The position numbers were made by a program, and so were the translations under genes. From an uncultured Acidobacteriota bacterium (GTDB lineage: Bacteria; Acidobacteriota; Terriglobia; Acidiferrales; UBA7541): a stretch of DNA of 64,000 nt. Within the stretch, counting starts at the first letter, position 1, and every line of letters begins with the position of its first letter. The notes below the pieces were generated by a model. The model was given only the letters and a program-made list of their open reading frames with translations, was not told the origin of the DNA and did no database searches. Shown here one piece after another: positions 46,543-56,945 of this stretch. The DNA lies in contig CAVRDJ010000001.1 of NCBI GenBank assembly GCA_963719875.1, positions 186-64,185 of the forward strand, in the 5' to 3' direction.

Positions 46543-49248
46543 TTAGAAGTGGAATCCAAGTTCAGCGGTCATCGCGCGCGGCGTAACGTAGTGGGTTCCG
46601 CTGAAGGTGGAAAGGAAATTGTAGAGGGCGACTTTGTTTGTCACGTTGATGGCCGTTAGGCGCAGACTCCACTTGTAGCGTTCCTTGTTGTTGAAGAGAT
46701 TGTCGTCCCCCAAGCTGATATCAAATAGATTGCGTGGAGCGATCCGCGACGGATTGTGGTCGTCATCCGAAGTTCCCGGCGCGGGTATCTTGATGCGCGT
46801 CGAGCCGTACTGGGAAGCAGGGCAATCGATCAGAGGGGTCGTGAACGTGGGAACTGCCGACCCGCAAAATATACCTGCCTGGAGTTGTTGGTCCCCGGTC
46901 AAGCCGCTGAGGTCCACGAAGGGAACGCTGCCGATGAGGAACCCGCCGCAAACGGTATTGGGATTCGTGAGATTGAAACACGGCGCGGGGCCAGCGACGA
47001 GGCCGTTGTCGTACCGCCAGTTGAACGCAATCCAAGGCAGATTCTTAAACGGTTGATACTGGATGTGCGTGGTTTGTTGAAACCTTTGGTCGTGGTCGAT
47101 GCGGAACGACCCGGTCGTTGTGAAATCTGTCCCCAGGCCGCCGACTTGCGGATGAAAAAAGCGCGACGCGACGCTGCTGGCGGTGAAAAATGCCGTCAGC
47201 CCATGAAAGTTCGGCAGGCTCACCCGGACCGATGGCCCATGAATCTTGGAACGGCCCCAGGCAACCGGGAAGAAAATGGGCGTGTTCAGGAAATCGGTGA
47301 AGTCATATCCGTTATGTGTGTATTTCCAAAGGTAGTCGGCATCTACCACGAGGAACTTCCCAAAGGCTTGCTGGAAGCCCGCGTGAAATTCATTACGCTG
47401 CCCGGGAAGGACCGGTGCCGTCGCCCCAAAGAGGGCCGTAGCCACGGGATTACCCGCAGTGGTGGCGAGAATCAGGTTCTCGTTGAACGGGGTCTCGATT
47501 ACGCGCGCGTAAGAGATCCGCAGAACGGTGTTGGTCCGTTTGATGTTGTAGGCAATTCCGGCGCGAGGTTCCGCTTGGTTCGTGCTATTGGAGATTCCCC
47601 GATAAAGATCGCCGCGAATCCCGATGTTGAAGGACCAACTGCCCTTCGTAATTGTGTCTTGCAGAAAGAGTCCGAGTTCCTTGATGTCCCCGTGTCCGTG
47701 GAACTGAAACAGTCCGCGCGTGCCGGTGCAAGTGGCAACCCTGGTTAAGTCGATGCAGCCGAGCACAGGATCAAAGGCACCAACAGATGCAAGGGGGTCT
47801 GAGCCATCGTTGGGGATTAAACCCGCTGCTGGACATCCCGTTGGGTCGCTGACATTCGTTTCTCCGGCTGGGCCATCAGAACTATTCGGGTTTGGAAGGT
47901 TTCCAGCGGCCAGGCAAGGGTCATTGAAGGTGGGGTCCGTGACGCCGGCAGTGAAGTTTTCCGTCAGGAGGGTGTGCTGAAATGTCCCGCCAATCTTCAC
48001 ATTGTGCGCACCCTTCACGTAGGAGACATCCGCATGGATGCCCGCGTTTGTGAGGATACGATCCTGGCTCGTGGTATCGGATATGTCCGCAAGGGGATTG
48101 GCGCTGGGGTAATAATTGAAATGGTCGCGCCGCACGAAGGCTCCGACGGTTAGAAGTGTGGTTGCGCTGAACAGATGGGTCCAGCTGGGAGCCACATTCA
48201 ACGATTGCACTTGCGCGCGCTGGTCCTGTCCTGAGGCCTGCGCATCGAGCGAATTCGGTTCCTGGAACCAGGAACGCGTGAAGCTAAAATTCAGGTGGAC
48301 GGAGTCGGCCATCGTGGGCTGAAAGTCGAAGCGGTCGAACGCGTTCTCTTCATTTCCCTTGGAGTGGATGACCACGAATTCCGGAGGATCGAGAAAGCGC
48401 CCCGTGTTCAAGCCGTTCAGGGAGACGAAGTTCCCCCACTTCGAGCCGCCAACGGCGAGATTTCCGCCGACGGTCGCGGAACCGAACGAGCCGTAGGACG
48501 TGGTCACACTTCCAGTGGGCTGCGTTTGGCCGAGGCCCGAGCGAGTTGTGACCTTCACGACGAGGCTCGTCTTGTCACCATACTCCGCGGGAGGCGCTCC
48601 CGCGATGACCTCCATCGACTGGATCGAATCTACGGGCAATTGGTTGGAGAAAACCTTGCTCTGCTGGTCGGTGATCGCCTGGCCGTCCACAGAAAAAGAA
48701 TTCTCTGCGTGGTCGCCCAGGCCGTGGAACAAGCCGTTGGAGTCTGCGACAACACCGGGGGAAGCCAGCGTCACGAGCGAACTTAGCGACGAAGACGCGC
48801 TTTCAAGCGGCAACTTGTCGAAAAGGTCGCGGTCGATGTCGGTGTGAGGAGTCGACTCGGTTTCCACGAGATCCGCTCCAGTCGCTTCCACGGTAATATT
48901 TTCCGAGGTGGTTCCAACCTTCAGACTGGCTTCAAGCGTGGCCGGAACGCTGGAGCGAACATCCACGTCTTGGGTGTAGTTCGCAAATCCCGGCGCCTTC
49001 GCCACCAGGTGATACGTATTGAATGGCACATTCGTAAAACGAAAATCGCCAGCCATCCCGGTCGTCGTGTCCCGATGATAGCCGCTCACCACATCGGAGA
49101 TTTCGACTGACGCATTAGTCAGCACGCCACCCGTAGCATCCTTCACAACGCCTGTTATGGTCCCGGACGATTGCGCCCAGCTGGAAGTCGCAAAGAAAAA
49201 TGTGCAGAAAACAAACACTACTAAAAGTGCAGGCTTGCGGAAATTCAT
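46543..49248 (-). CDS. TonB-dependent receptor (CarboxypepD_reg N-terminus)
   Basis: AGGAG RBS plus ATG at 49248 (MNFRKPALLVVFVFCTFFFATSSWA). ITGVVKDATGGVLTNASVEI...NTYHLVAKAPGF, and barrel ending AELGFHF. Confidence 0.9.
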   Translation of the reverse strand: MNFRKPALLVVFVFCTFFFATSSWAQSSGTITGVVKDATGGVLTNASVEISDVVSGYHRDTTTGMAGDFRFTNVPFNTYHLVAKAPGFANYTQDVDVRSSVPATLEASLKVGTTSENITVEATGADLVETESTPHTDIDRDLFDKLPLESASSSLSSLVTLASPGVVADSNGLFHGLGDHAENSFSVDGQAITDQQSKVFSNQLPVDSIQSMEVIAGAPPAEYGDKTSLVVKVTTRSGLGQTQPTGSVTTSYGSFGSATVGGNLAVGGSKWGNFVSLNGLNTGRFLDPPEFVVIHSKGNEENAFDRFDFQPTMADSVHLNFSFTRSWFQEPNSLDAQASGQDQRAQVQSLNVAPSWTHLFSATTLLTVGAFVRRDHFNYYPSANPLADISDTTSQDRILTNAGIHADVSYVKGAHNVKIGGTFQHTLLTENFTAGVTDPTFNDPCLAAGNLPNPNSSDGPAGETNVSDPTGCPAAGLIPNDGSDPLASVGAFDPVLGCIDLTRVATCTGTRGLFQFHGHGDIKELGLFLQDTITKGSWSFNIGIRGDLYRGISNSTNQAEPRAGIAYNIKRTNTVLRISYARVIETPFNENLILATTAGNPVATALFGATAPVLPGQRNEFHAGFQQAFGKFLVVDADYLWKYTHNGYDFTDFLNTPIFFPVAWGRSKIHGPSVRVSLPNFHGLTAFFTASSVASRFFHPQVGGLGTDFTTTGSFRIDHDQRFQQTTHIQYQPFKNLPWIAFNWRYDNGLVAGPAPCFNLTNPNTVCGGFLIGSVPFVDLSGLTGDQQLQAGIFCGSAVPTFTTPLIDCPASQYGSTRIKIPAPGTSDDDHNPSRIAPRNLFDISLGDDNLFNNKERYKWSLRLTAINVTNKVALYNFLSTFSGTHYVTPRAMTAELGFHF

Positions 49249-49380
49249 ATGTGTTTCTCCTCTTCCCCCGTGGGGAACGTGCAGTCGTAGAGCGGAAGGT
49301 CGCCGCCGCAAAATGGGCGGGTACGCCGAACCCTACTTCCGGGCCGGCGCATCAAGTTGTAAATCTAGGCAGAGGATTGT

Positions 49381-49665
49381 CTAAGCGATGGGAGGTGCGC
49401 GAGGGGCCGTTTGGGAAAATATGGGGCCAAAAGCAAGGGCTACAAATTCCGGCAAAGGCAGAAAGGCAATCGGCTTCAGCAGCGACACTGACGGCGCGAC
49501 TTCCAATCCCGCCGGAGTCTGATGGCCCAGGTGGCAATACGGACAATGCGCGTCATCGCTCGGGCCCTGGTGATGCCAATCGCTGACGACGCCGGTCGCG
49601 AAGACCAGCAGCACGAATAACGCTAGCGAAACCCCGAGTAGGCGAATTATGCTTCGCGCAGTCAT
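49381..49665 (-). CDS. small membrane-anchored Cys/His protein (DUF2946-reminiscent)
   Basis: 94 aa with the TM helix IIRLLGVSLALFVLLVFATGVV, then DWHHQGPSDDAHCPYCHLGHQ. It lies directly upstream of TBDR 46543-49248. Confidence 0.5.
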   Translation of the reverse strand: MTARSIIRLLGVSLALFVLLVFATGVVSDWHHQGPSDDAHCPYCHLGHQTPAGLEVAPSVSLLKPIAFLPLPEFVALAFGPIFSQTAPRAPPIA

Positions 49666-49969
49666 TGTGGTCGATCCGGGCTAGGACACTGAAGCCCTGA
49701 TAACAGTACCCCTGATGTCGGCCACATGTAAAGAGTTGTCTGGTAGGCGGCCTCTCAAATCAGCAACTTCGTTCAATACTTGTACAGAGTCCGGTCGAAG
49801 TTTCGTCTAAAGAGAGTCGAAGTCCCAATGTACCGACAGGCGACAAGGCATATCGACAACTGCAAGATGAAGGATGGAAACCCTACAGTTCTTTTGAACC
49901 GTGGTGAATGCAGCGGTCAATTCTAGCCCGAAGTAATTCGGTAGATAGCCCCATCTCACGATCACAATG

Positions 49970-52900
49970 TCAGAATTCCAGCCGCATCTGGAATGCGATC
50001 ATGCGTGGCGTGCTATCACCGCCCAAACCAACGCCGAGTAGGCCGGTCGGCGGAGAGGTCGAGTAAGTAATCGCTCCAAACCCGGTCTGGGTAAAAGGCT
50101 TTTCCGGAATGCCAGCCAGCACCATGCTCGGAAGTCCAAAATTCGGATGATTGAAAAGATTGAAGAACTGAACGTCGAACCGCAGCTTCACCAGCTCGGT
50201 CAAGGGGAACCATTTCGACAGATAGAAGTCACTCCAGGTAAAATTGGGCCCGCGTAGCGCGTTACGACCGAGGTTCCCGAATTGACAATTCTTCGGACTG
50301 TTGCCACCAAAGCACGCCCCGGTACTCGGGTCCACGGTCGAGACAAAAGCATCGGGATTGAGCCACTGAACCGTCCCCGGCTGTGTCACACCCGGAATCG
50401 GATTGTGGTCATAGAGCGGCACGCCCGGAACGACGCTCGCGAATTGCGGCCCACTTCCGTTCACAACTCCATTTCCATCTGCTGAATAAGGCGTGCTCAG
50501 GACAGAGAATGGAATCCCGCTGTGCCAAAGCACGGTTCCCGACACCTGCCAGCCGTTCAGCGCGTAGCCAAGAGCCCGATTTCGCACCTTGACCGGCAAT
50601 TGATAAACATATTGTGCGGTGAAATTGTGCCGGATGTCGTAGTCGCAAGGACCGTAATCCCGCGCCAAATCTCCCGGCAGCGGGGACAGAATTCCTCCTG
50701 CCGAGAACTGTAGGAATCCGCCATTGGAGACGGTATCCATGCAACGGCTCCAAGTATAGTTAATTTGCCCCATTAGGCCGTGTCCAATACGTTTCATCGC
50801 CGTCAATTGCAAGCCGTTGTAGTGGCTGTTCGCACCGATCGAAAATTGCGTCACTGCCCCAAATCGAGGGTCCGTAGAGTGGGCGTATGGAAAGGGCGCA
50901 AAACACCCGTCACAGACCGTCTGATAGCCGTTCACTTGTGTCAAGTACGGTTGATTTACGGCGCGGGTGCCAACGTACTGCGCGTGGATACTTCCCGTCG
51001 TTCCCAATTCGAGTTCTATCCCGAGACTCCACTCCATGAAATAGGGTGCATGAAGTTTTCCATCAGGTACCGCCGTCATAGCGACCGGAGGAAGACAAGT
51101 TGCGGGATTCGCTTGCGCAGATGCGCAGGAAAGCTGGCCCTCCGTGAATCCTGAACTGAACGTTTGATTGGCGACGACGGTTGCATCAACTGCACTGTTT
51201 GGAACTCCCGGTGCGATTGCTGTGCCGCCGACAGTCCCGAGAAGGCCGCCCTGGAAAGTTTTGACATTGGGTGGGTTGACGCCGACGACATCGGCGATGC
51301 TGCCCGGCAAAATATCGCTGAAAACACCGAAGCCAGCCCGCAACACGGACTTAGACTGGAATTGCCATGCAATCGCTGTTCGCGGTTGAAGGATTGCAAG
51401 AGGCGTCGAGGAAAACACGTTACCGAGGCCGGTCTGAATAGCAGCGTTCAGCGGCTGATTCACATCATGCGAGATGGAACCAAAAGAACCGCGAAGACGA
51501 GCAATTTGCCCATGAGGATTTAATGGGTTGGAATTGAATGTGTCTCGAATGCCGAAAGTCCACGTCAACTTCTTGGTCACTTTCCAAGTATCCTGGGCGT
51601 AAAAATCGAGATTCAGGAAGTTGAAAGGTTCGTTTGCCGACGTCGGAAAAGTCTCTGTTGCCGTAGATGCGACCCCATAAATGTATTGCGGCAGGTCAGT
51701 GTAAATAACCGTCGGAACGGTTCCCTGCCCGAAGTCATAATCATTCAGCCGTAAGATACGCATATTGGTTCCAAAGCGGAGTTCGTGCGCGCCATGGCTC
51801 CAAGCCAGGTTGTCATTGATAAAGAACCGGGAGGCGCGTCTTCCCTGAACCCAGGTGTTATCGAGTCCACCGAGCGTGGTGAAAGGGGCGTTCGCGCCGC
51901 TTCCCTGCAACACAATCGGGAATGCGGAGAGTGTCTTTTGAAAATCATCGGGACCGAATAGGCTCCCGTACCAGGAAAACGCCGGGTTGAAATAGTTCAC
52001 AAGACTCTGCGAAAAGACGTGCGTATATCCCGCTGCAAACGAGTATAGAGGTTGTGGGGAAAGCGCGTTGAACAAAGGGTTGATGGGATCTGTGTAAGCA
52101 GCTTGAAGTCCGTTGTCCGTTTGAAAGCGGAACCATGTGGTGTTCTTCTCATTGATGTTGTAATCGATTCGAACCGTCTGCACCTGTTCATGATCGTCAC
52201 TCGAATGCGAAATACTCTGGCGATTGGCGCAACCGTTTCCGTCATCCGCAATGGCCGGGGTGAATCCTCCCACATCGAACGGACATCCAAGTACTGTGAG
52301 GGGTGTTCCGCCCGTACTTCCGTAGAGTGAAAACATCTTCCGATAGAACGGCACCAACTGCGGTGCTGGTGAATAGATCGAACCTGTAAGGGAATCAGTG
52401 CCACCTAAAGGGAGTTGCTGCAAAACGTATTTCTGAAACGCCGGGGTTGGAACGGTAGTAGCTGTGACGATGGGTAGTGCAATCCGAACCCATTCGCTGT
52501 CAAAGAAGAAGAACAGCTTGTCCCGAATGATCGGCCCTCCAACACTCCCGCCGAAGTGGTTCACCGTCGAGCGCGGTTTGTGACTTCCTGGAGTCGCATT
52601 CGTAAAATAGTTGGCAGCGTTGAACCTAGAACCATTCCACAGCTCGTAGAGATTTCCGTGAAACTGGTTCGAACCTGATTTCGTAACGTAGTTAACCTGC
52701 GACGCCCCATACCGCCCCTGATCGACGGCATAGGAAAGCGTGTTGACCGTCACTTCCGATATCGAGTTCAGTCCCAGAACGAGGTTTGTCGAGAGTCCGC
52801 TGTTAAGATTTGTCAGCGGGTCATTCGTTTCTAAGCCGTCAACGATATAGCCGTTTGAGAGAGCGGGCAGTCCGTTGAATTCCACATTGCCGTACCCATT

Positions 52901-53440
52901 CGTTCCCCCAACGAAGTCATTGCCGCTGCCTGCTGTGTTCACGAGCGCCCCAGCGGCAAACTGCAGAGGGTACGTTAAATCACCGCCCGGATTGGGAAGA
53001 TTCTCCAACGCTGGCGAATTCAGATTCGTGGATGTATTTGCATCTCCTGGGTTGATCAGTAGGGCTTGGCCACTAACCTCAACGGTCTGCTCCGATTGCG
53101 CCAGCTTGAGTGTGAAATCGACCGTCTGTTTCTGGCCCAGACCCGAGAATACACTGTCATTCTGCTGCGGCGCGAATCCCGCCGCCTCCGCTCTTACGGT
53201 ATACGTGCCTGGCTTTAGTTGTGGGAAATTGAAGTGGCCCGTGTCGTCGGTCTTGGCAATACGTTTCAGGCCGATCTCTTGATTCGTGATCGTCACCGTG
53301 GCTCCCGGCACAGCGGCATCCGTCGGATCATTCACTTGCCCAAGGATCGCACTGGTGGTTTCTCCCTGCGCTTTAGTGCTGACGGGAATTACAAAACACG
53401 TAGTTGTTAACAACACGCCTATGAGAATGAACCGCGCCAT
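49970..53440 (-). CDS. TonB-dependent receptor with carboxypeptidase-regulatory-like domain
   Basis: 1156 aa with a signal peptide. AILGQVNDPTDAAVPGATVTITN...GTYTVRAEAAGF, and barrel ending AFQMRLEF. Confidence 0.9.
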   Translation of the reverse strand: MARFILIGVLLTTTCFVIPVSTKAQGETTSAILGQVNDPTDAAVPGATVTITNQEIGLKRIAKTDDTGHFNFPQLKPGTYTVRAEAAGFAPQQNDSVFSGLGQKQTVDFTLKLAQSEQTVEVSGQALLINPGDANTSTNLNSPALENLPNPGGDLTYPLQFAAGALVNTAGSGNDFVGGTNGYGNVEFNGLPALSNGYIVDGLETNDPLTNLNSGLSTNLVLGLNSISEVTVNTLSYAVDQGRYGASQVNYVTKSGSNQFHGNLYELWNGSRFNAANYFTNATPGSHKPRSTVNHFGGSVGGPIIRDKLFFFFDSEWVRIALPIVTATTVPTPAFQKYVLQQLPLGGTDSLTGSIYSPAPQLVPFYRKMFSLYGSTGGTPLTVLGCPFDVGGFTPAIADDGNGCANRQSISHSSDDHEQVQTVRIDYNINEKNTTWFRFQTDNGLQAAYTDPINPLFNALSPQPLYSFAAGYTHVFSQSLVNYFNPAFSWYGSLFGPDDFQKTLSAFPIVLQGSGANAPFTTLGGLDNTWVQGRRASRFFINDNLAWSHGAHELRFGTNMRILRLNDYDFGQGTVPTVIYTDLPQYIYGVASTATETFPTSANEPFNFLNLDFYAQDTWKVTKKLTWTFGIRDTFNSNPLNPHGQIARLRGSFGSISHDVNQPLNAAIQTGLGNVFSSTPLAILQPRTAIAWQFQSKSVLRAGFGVFSDILPGSIADVVGVNPPNVKTFQGGLLGTVGGTAIAPGVPNSAVDATVVANQTFSSGFTEGQLSCASAQANPATCLPPVAMTAVPDGKLHAPYFMEWSLGIELELGTTGSIHAQYVGTRAVNQPYLTQVNGYQTVCDGCFAPFPYAHSTDPRFGAVTQFSIGANSHYNGLQLTAMKRIGHGLMGQINYTWSRCMDTVSNGGFLQFSAGGILSPLPGDLARDYGPCDYDIRHNFTAQYVYQLPVKVRNRALGYALNGWQVSGTVLWHSGIPFSVLSTPYSADGNGVVNGSGPQFASVVPGVPLYDHNPIPGVTQPGTVQWLNPDAFVSTVDPSTGACFGGNSPKNCQFGNLGRNALRGPNFTWSDFYLSKWFPLTELVKLRFDVQFFNLFNHPNFGLPSMVLAGIPEKPFTQTGFGAITYSTSPPTGLLGVGLGGDSTPRMIAFQMRLEF

Positions 53441-54001
53441 AGATCCAAGACCTCGATCATGGAAGTGCGATATTAACCTCAGTTAATATAGAAAGTAAAC
53501 TGAAATAAACACAATTGTGCTTGGCGAGAAGATGCTGCATCGGTGCGGCACAATCGTCACTAGCGAATTGAAGCGGCAGCGGGCGCGACGCTGCCCGCTG
53601 CCGTAGGCGGCACGGTTCTAGGCGGGCGGCGCGGAGGAACCCTCCGCGCCGATAGCATTGAGGATTCGAGTAGCGGTTTGCTGGATGTACTCCAATCTCT
53701 CGGACAGCAGTTTGGCGTCACCCTCGTAAAGCTGGATGTAGTCTTGCGCTGCCGAGCCAGTCTCAAGGCCGACTGACCTGATCGAGTTTTTGTACCGCGG
53801 CGGGCGAAGAGTAACATGCCAGTAATTTATCGCGATTCGGATACCAAGCCCCACGCCTGCTCACGAGGCAGGTGCTTCCCTCCGAGCTATCTACCCCAAA
53901 GGCCTGAAGCCGGAGACGCAGTGAGTTCGGTGACCTTTTCGCCCTTAACAGTGTGGACGAGCCATCACGAAACGGCCGTCTAGGACTCTGTCGACCGCGG
54001 T

Positions 54002-56185
54002 GTGACGGAGATGCATATTGGAAGAACCCAACGCCTAGCCTCCAGCATCGAATCGTGCATGACGGGAGTGGCCCAACTGCGTCTGGCGCCGGTCGAACGA
54101 TCAGTGGCTGCGCGCTACAAGGCGCTTATTCGCGTTTCGCAGGCTGTGAGTGCCCACCGGGAGCCGAGAAAGCTCTTCGAGGTCCTTGTCGACGAATTGC
54201 ACCGTGTCATCGAATTTGATGGGATCGGGATCGCGCAATACGACGAATCAACGGACGCCATTGAGTGGCACGTCTCGATTCATTGTGAAGAGCCAAATCC
54301 GGTTCTGAGGGACAAGTGCGTACCAAATGAAACGATGACCTGTTGGGTGTTTCGGAATCAGCAGCCGCTCGTGATTCCTTTTGTCAGGGACGAAACACGG
54401 TTCCCGGATACGATGGAGTTCTTGAAAAAGCACAAAATGCAGTCGGTTTGCATGCTTCCGTTGACCACGGTGCATCGCCGAATCGGGAGCATGTTTATTG
54501 CCAGTGGACACCCGAACGCGTATGCCGCAGATGAAGTGCGTTTTCTGGGTCTGGTCGCGGACCAAATCGCTCTTGCGATCGACGACGCATTGAATTTCGA
54601 GGCATCGCGCACCGCCCAAGAGCAGCTGAAACTTCTTCTGGCCCTGACCAACAGTGTTGTTTCTACTCTAGACTTGCGAGAGTTATTGCGAAGTGTTTCT
54701 GGAAACCTTCGTCGCGTAATGAGCTGTGATCTCGCAGGGGTTGGTGTGCCGGACCCAGAAAACGACAAGTACCTGCGCGTATATGCGCTGGACTTTCCCG
54801 ACAGTAAGGGCTTTATAAGGGAAGAAGTCCTAATCCCGATCGAAGGGACTCCCCCAGGAACGGCCTTCAGGACCGGCGAACCCATCGTAGGAATGGTAAG
54901 AGATTTATGTAATATGATTTCGGATTCGCCGCCGATCGCCGAGGGCATGAAAACGGGTTGTGTCCTACCGCTGGTGAGCCGTGGGCGGACACACGGAGTC
55001 TTGCTTCTCGGCCGCCGTGATGAAAAGAGCTTCAGCCGGGAAAACATCGAATTTCTGATGCAAGTGGCGGGTCAAGTGGCTATCGCGGTGGAGAATGCGC
55101 TCGCCTACAAGAAAATCGCCGAGCTAAAAGAGAAACTTACGCACGAGAAGCTCTATCTTGAAGATGAAATCCGCACTGAGTTGAATTTCGAGGAGATCGT
55201 CGGAAAAAGCGCCGCATTGCGACGCGTCCTCCAGCAAGTGGCTACTGTGGCGCCGACAGACTCAACAGTTTTGATCTGCGGCGAAACGGGAACGGGCAAG
55301 GAATTAATTGCTCGCGCCATTCACAATTTGAGTTCACGCCAGTCAAACGCGTTCGTAAAACTGAATTGCGCCGCGATCCCTATGGGATTGCTCGAGAGCG
55401 AGCTGTTCGGCCACGAAAAGGGAGCGTTTACTGGCGCCATCGCGCAGCGCATCGGTCGCTTCGAGCTTGCTAACGGTGGGACGGTATTCCTCGATGAAGT
55501 CGGCGAGATTCCTCTGGAATTGCAGCCCAAACTCCTCCGCGTGTTGCAGGAGCGCGAATTCGAACGGCTAGGGAGCACATGCACCCTCAAGACGGACGCT
55601 CGGCTAATCGCGGCGACAAATCGCGACCTGGCTTCCATGGTGGACGGGCAGAAGTTTCGTTCCGACTTGTTTTATCGCTTGAACGTTTTTCCGGTTCGCC
55701 TGCCGTCATTGCGAGAACGGCCGGAAGATATTCCACTGCTGGTCCGGCATTTTGCCGAGCAGTGCGCCCGGCGCATGAATAAGAAGATTGAGACCATTTC
55801 CAGTGAAACGCTTAAGCAGATGCGGCAATACCATTGGCCGGGAAACATTCGAGAGCTTCAGAACGTAATTGAGCGCGCGGTGATCCTTTCAGTGGGCCCG
55901 GTCCTGAAAGTTCCGCTAGGCGAAATCCAATCACGACCCTCGCCAACGGCCGTGAATCGGGACGGGGACTTGGACAAAGAGCCTGGGTCCACAATGCGCC
56001 AGGATATTCGGGACGTCCTGGAAGAAACCGAACGCAAACACATTCTGAGCGTCTTGGCGCAGACGAACTGGGTCGTCGCCGGACCGAACGGTGCTGCAAC
56101 CCGACTGGGAATGAAACGCTCCACTCTTCAATTACGCATGCGAAAACTGGGACTCTCCCGCGAAAACGCCCAACCTATCTCGTGA
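54002..56185 (+). CDS. sigma-54-dependent Fis-family transcriptional activator (2x GAF - AAA+ - HTH)
   Basis: 727 aa with two GAF-like regions. AAA+ carries GETGTGKE, the GAFTGA loop (EKGAFTGA) and an R-finger region. C-terminal HTH (AATRLGMKRSTLQLRMRKLGL). The start is uncertain (GTG at 54002 or the ATG at 54011). Confidence 0.9.
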   Translation: MTEMHIGRTQRLASSIESCMTGVAQLRLAPVERSVAARYKALIRVSQAVSAHREPRKLFEVLVDELHRVIEFDGIGIAQYDESTDAIEWHVSIHCEEPNPVLRDKCVPNETMTCWVFRNQQPLVIPFVRDETRFPDTMEFLKKHKMQSVCMLPLTTVHRRIGSMFIASGHPNAYAADEVRFLGLVADQIALAIDDALNFEASRTAQEQLKLLLALTNSVVSTLDLRELLRSVSGNLRRVMSCDLAGVGVPDPENDKYLRVYALDFPDSKGFIREEVLIPIEGTPPGTAFRTGEPIVGMVRDLCNMISDSPPIAEGMKTGCVLPLVSRGRTHGVLLLGRRDEKSFSRENIEFLMQVAGQVAIAVENALAYKKIAELKEKLTHEKLYLEDEIRTELNFEEIVGKSAALRRVLQQVATVAPTDSTVLICGETGTGKELIARAIHNLSSRQSNAFVKLNCAAIPMGLLESELFGHEKGAFTGAIAQRIGRFELANGGTVFLDEVGEIPLELQPKLLRVLQEREFERLGSTCTLKTDARLIAATNRDLASMVDGQKFRSDLFYRLNVFPVRLPSLRERPEDIPLLVRHFAEQCARRMNKKIETISSETLKQMRQYHWPGNIRELQNVIERAVILSVGPVLKVPLGEIQSRPSPTAVNRDGDLDKEPGSTMRQDIRDVLEETERKHILSVLAQTNWVVAGPNGAATRLGMKRSTLQLRMRKLGLSRENAQPIS

Positions 56186-56239
56186 TCTCCTGCCGCAATT
56201 AGATTTCGGTTTCTCCAACTCGATTCACAAGTTTCGCAG

Positions 56240-56274
56240 TGCCATGAAACTGGCAGATTGCCATGAAGCTGGTA
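56240..56274 (+). promoter_or_regulatory. candidate enhancer (UAS): two tandem TGCCA-N6-TGGYA inverted repeats
   Basis: TGCCATGAAACTGGCA (56240-56255) and TGCCATGAAGCTGGTA (56259-56274), centred about 115 bp upstream of the -24 element at 56372. Confidence 0.4.
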
Positions 56275-56370
56275 GTGGCACTGCTACCGCCAGTCCCTCG
56301 GCCTGATTCCTTTTTCCTCTATCTCGTGAACTGCCTTGACTTTCGGGAATTTCGTTTCCGAATTTGAGAA

Positions 56371-56386
56371 TGGCATGGCGCGTGCA
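56371..56386 (+). promoter_or_regulatory. sigma-54 (-24/-12) promoter
   Basis: TGGCATGGCGCGTGCA has GG and GC exactly 12 nt apart, as in the consensus TGGCAC-N5-TTGCW. It lies 27 nt upstream of the GTG at 56413, with the GGAGAAAG RBS in between. Confidence 0.6.
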
Positions 56387-56412
56387 ATTTCACTCTGCGA
56401 ACGGAGAAAGCA

Positions 56413-56721
56413 GTGTTGAGAACAACGATCCTCGAAGAGTCCACGGAGCAACGATGGACGCTGCAAGGGCGGCTTTCAGGGCCGTGGGTTGCGCACCTCA
56501 AATCGGATTGGCAGAAATCCCATTGTAGGAGTGGAAAACGCAAATGCGTGGTGGACGTAAGCGGTGTGACGTTCGTGGATCTGGAGGGAGAGCGCGTTCT
56601 CGCAGCGATGATAAACGATGGCGCGGAGTTCATCGCCTCAGGCGTATACACCAGGCACATGTTGGAAATGCTGGAGAGACGGCGCCAGCGCTGGATTCGC
56701 AAATTTATGGGGTGTTCTTAG
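56413..56721 (+). CDS. STAS-domain protein (anti-sigma-factor-antagonist-like)
   Basis: 102 aa from a GTG start with WTLQGRLSGPWVAHL...KCVVDVSGVTFVDLEGERVLAAM, a SpoIIAA/STAS-like pattern. Confidence 0.6.
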   Translation: MLRTTILEESTEQRWTLQGRLSGPWVAHLKSDWQKSHCRSGKRKCVVDVSGVTFVDLEGERVLAAMINDGAEFIASGVYTRHMLEMLERRRQRWIRKFMGCS

Positions 56722-56945
56722 CAAAGCCGTTCTGCGCCGCATTCGCATTTTTATAGGCATCGCGAATTGAGCTGAGAAAGCAGGAGTGTTTAGTTATGAC
56801 GATGTACGCGCTCATGTTTGTATTGGCGGTCGATCTCCTTCTCGTGGTGATGGGAGACGGAACAACTCAATCGAAGTGAGCGGCCGAGCAGGACTGACTT
56901 CAGTGGTTGTCGTTCATAGATGCAAATCGAAGGGGGATATTCACA

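Noticed and set aside
46756-47748. 330-aa plus-strand ORF
   Set aside because: It is antisense to TBDR 46543-49248 and has no motifs.
53618-53854. 78-aa minus-strand ORF between a TBDR and the sigma-54 activator
   Set aside because: It has a GTG start without an RBS and no recognisable domain. It may be a small real gene, but I cannot support that.
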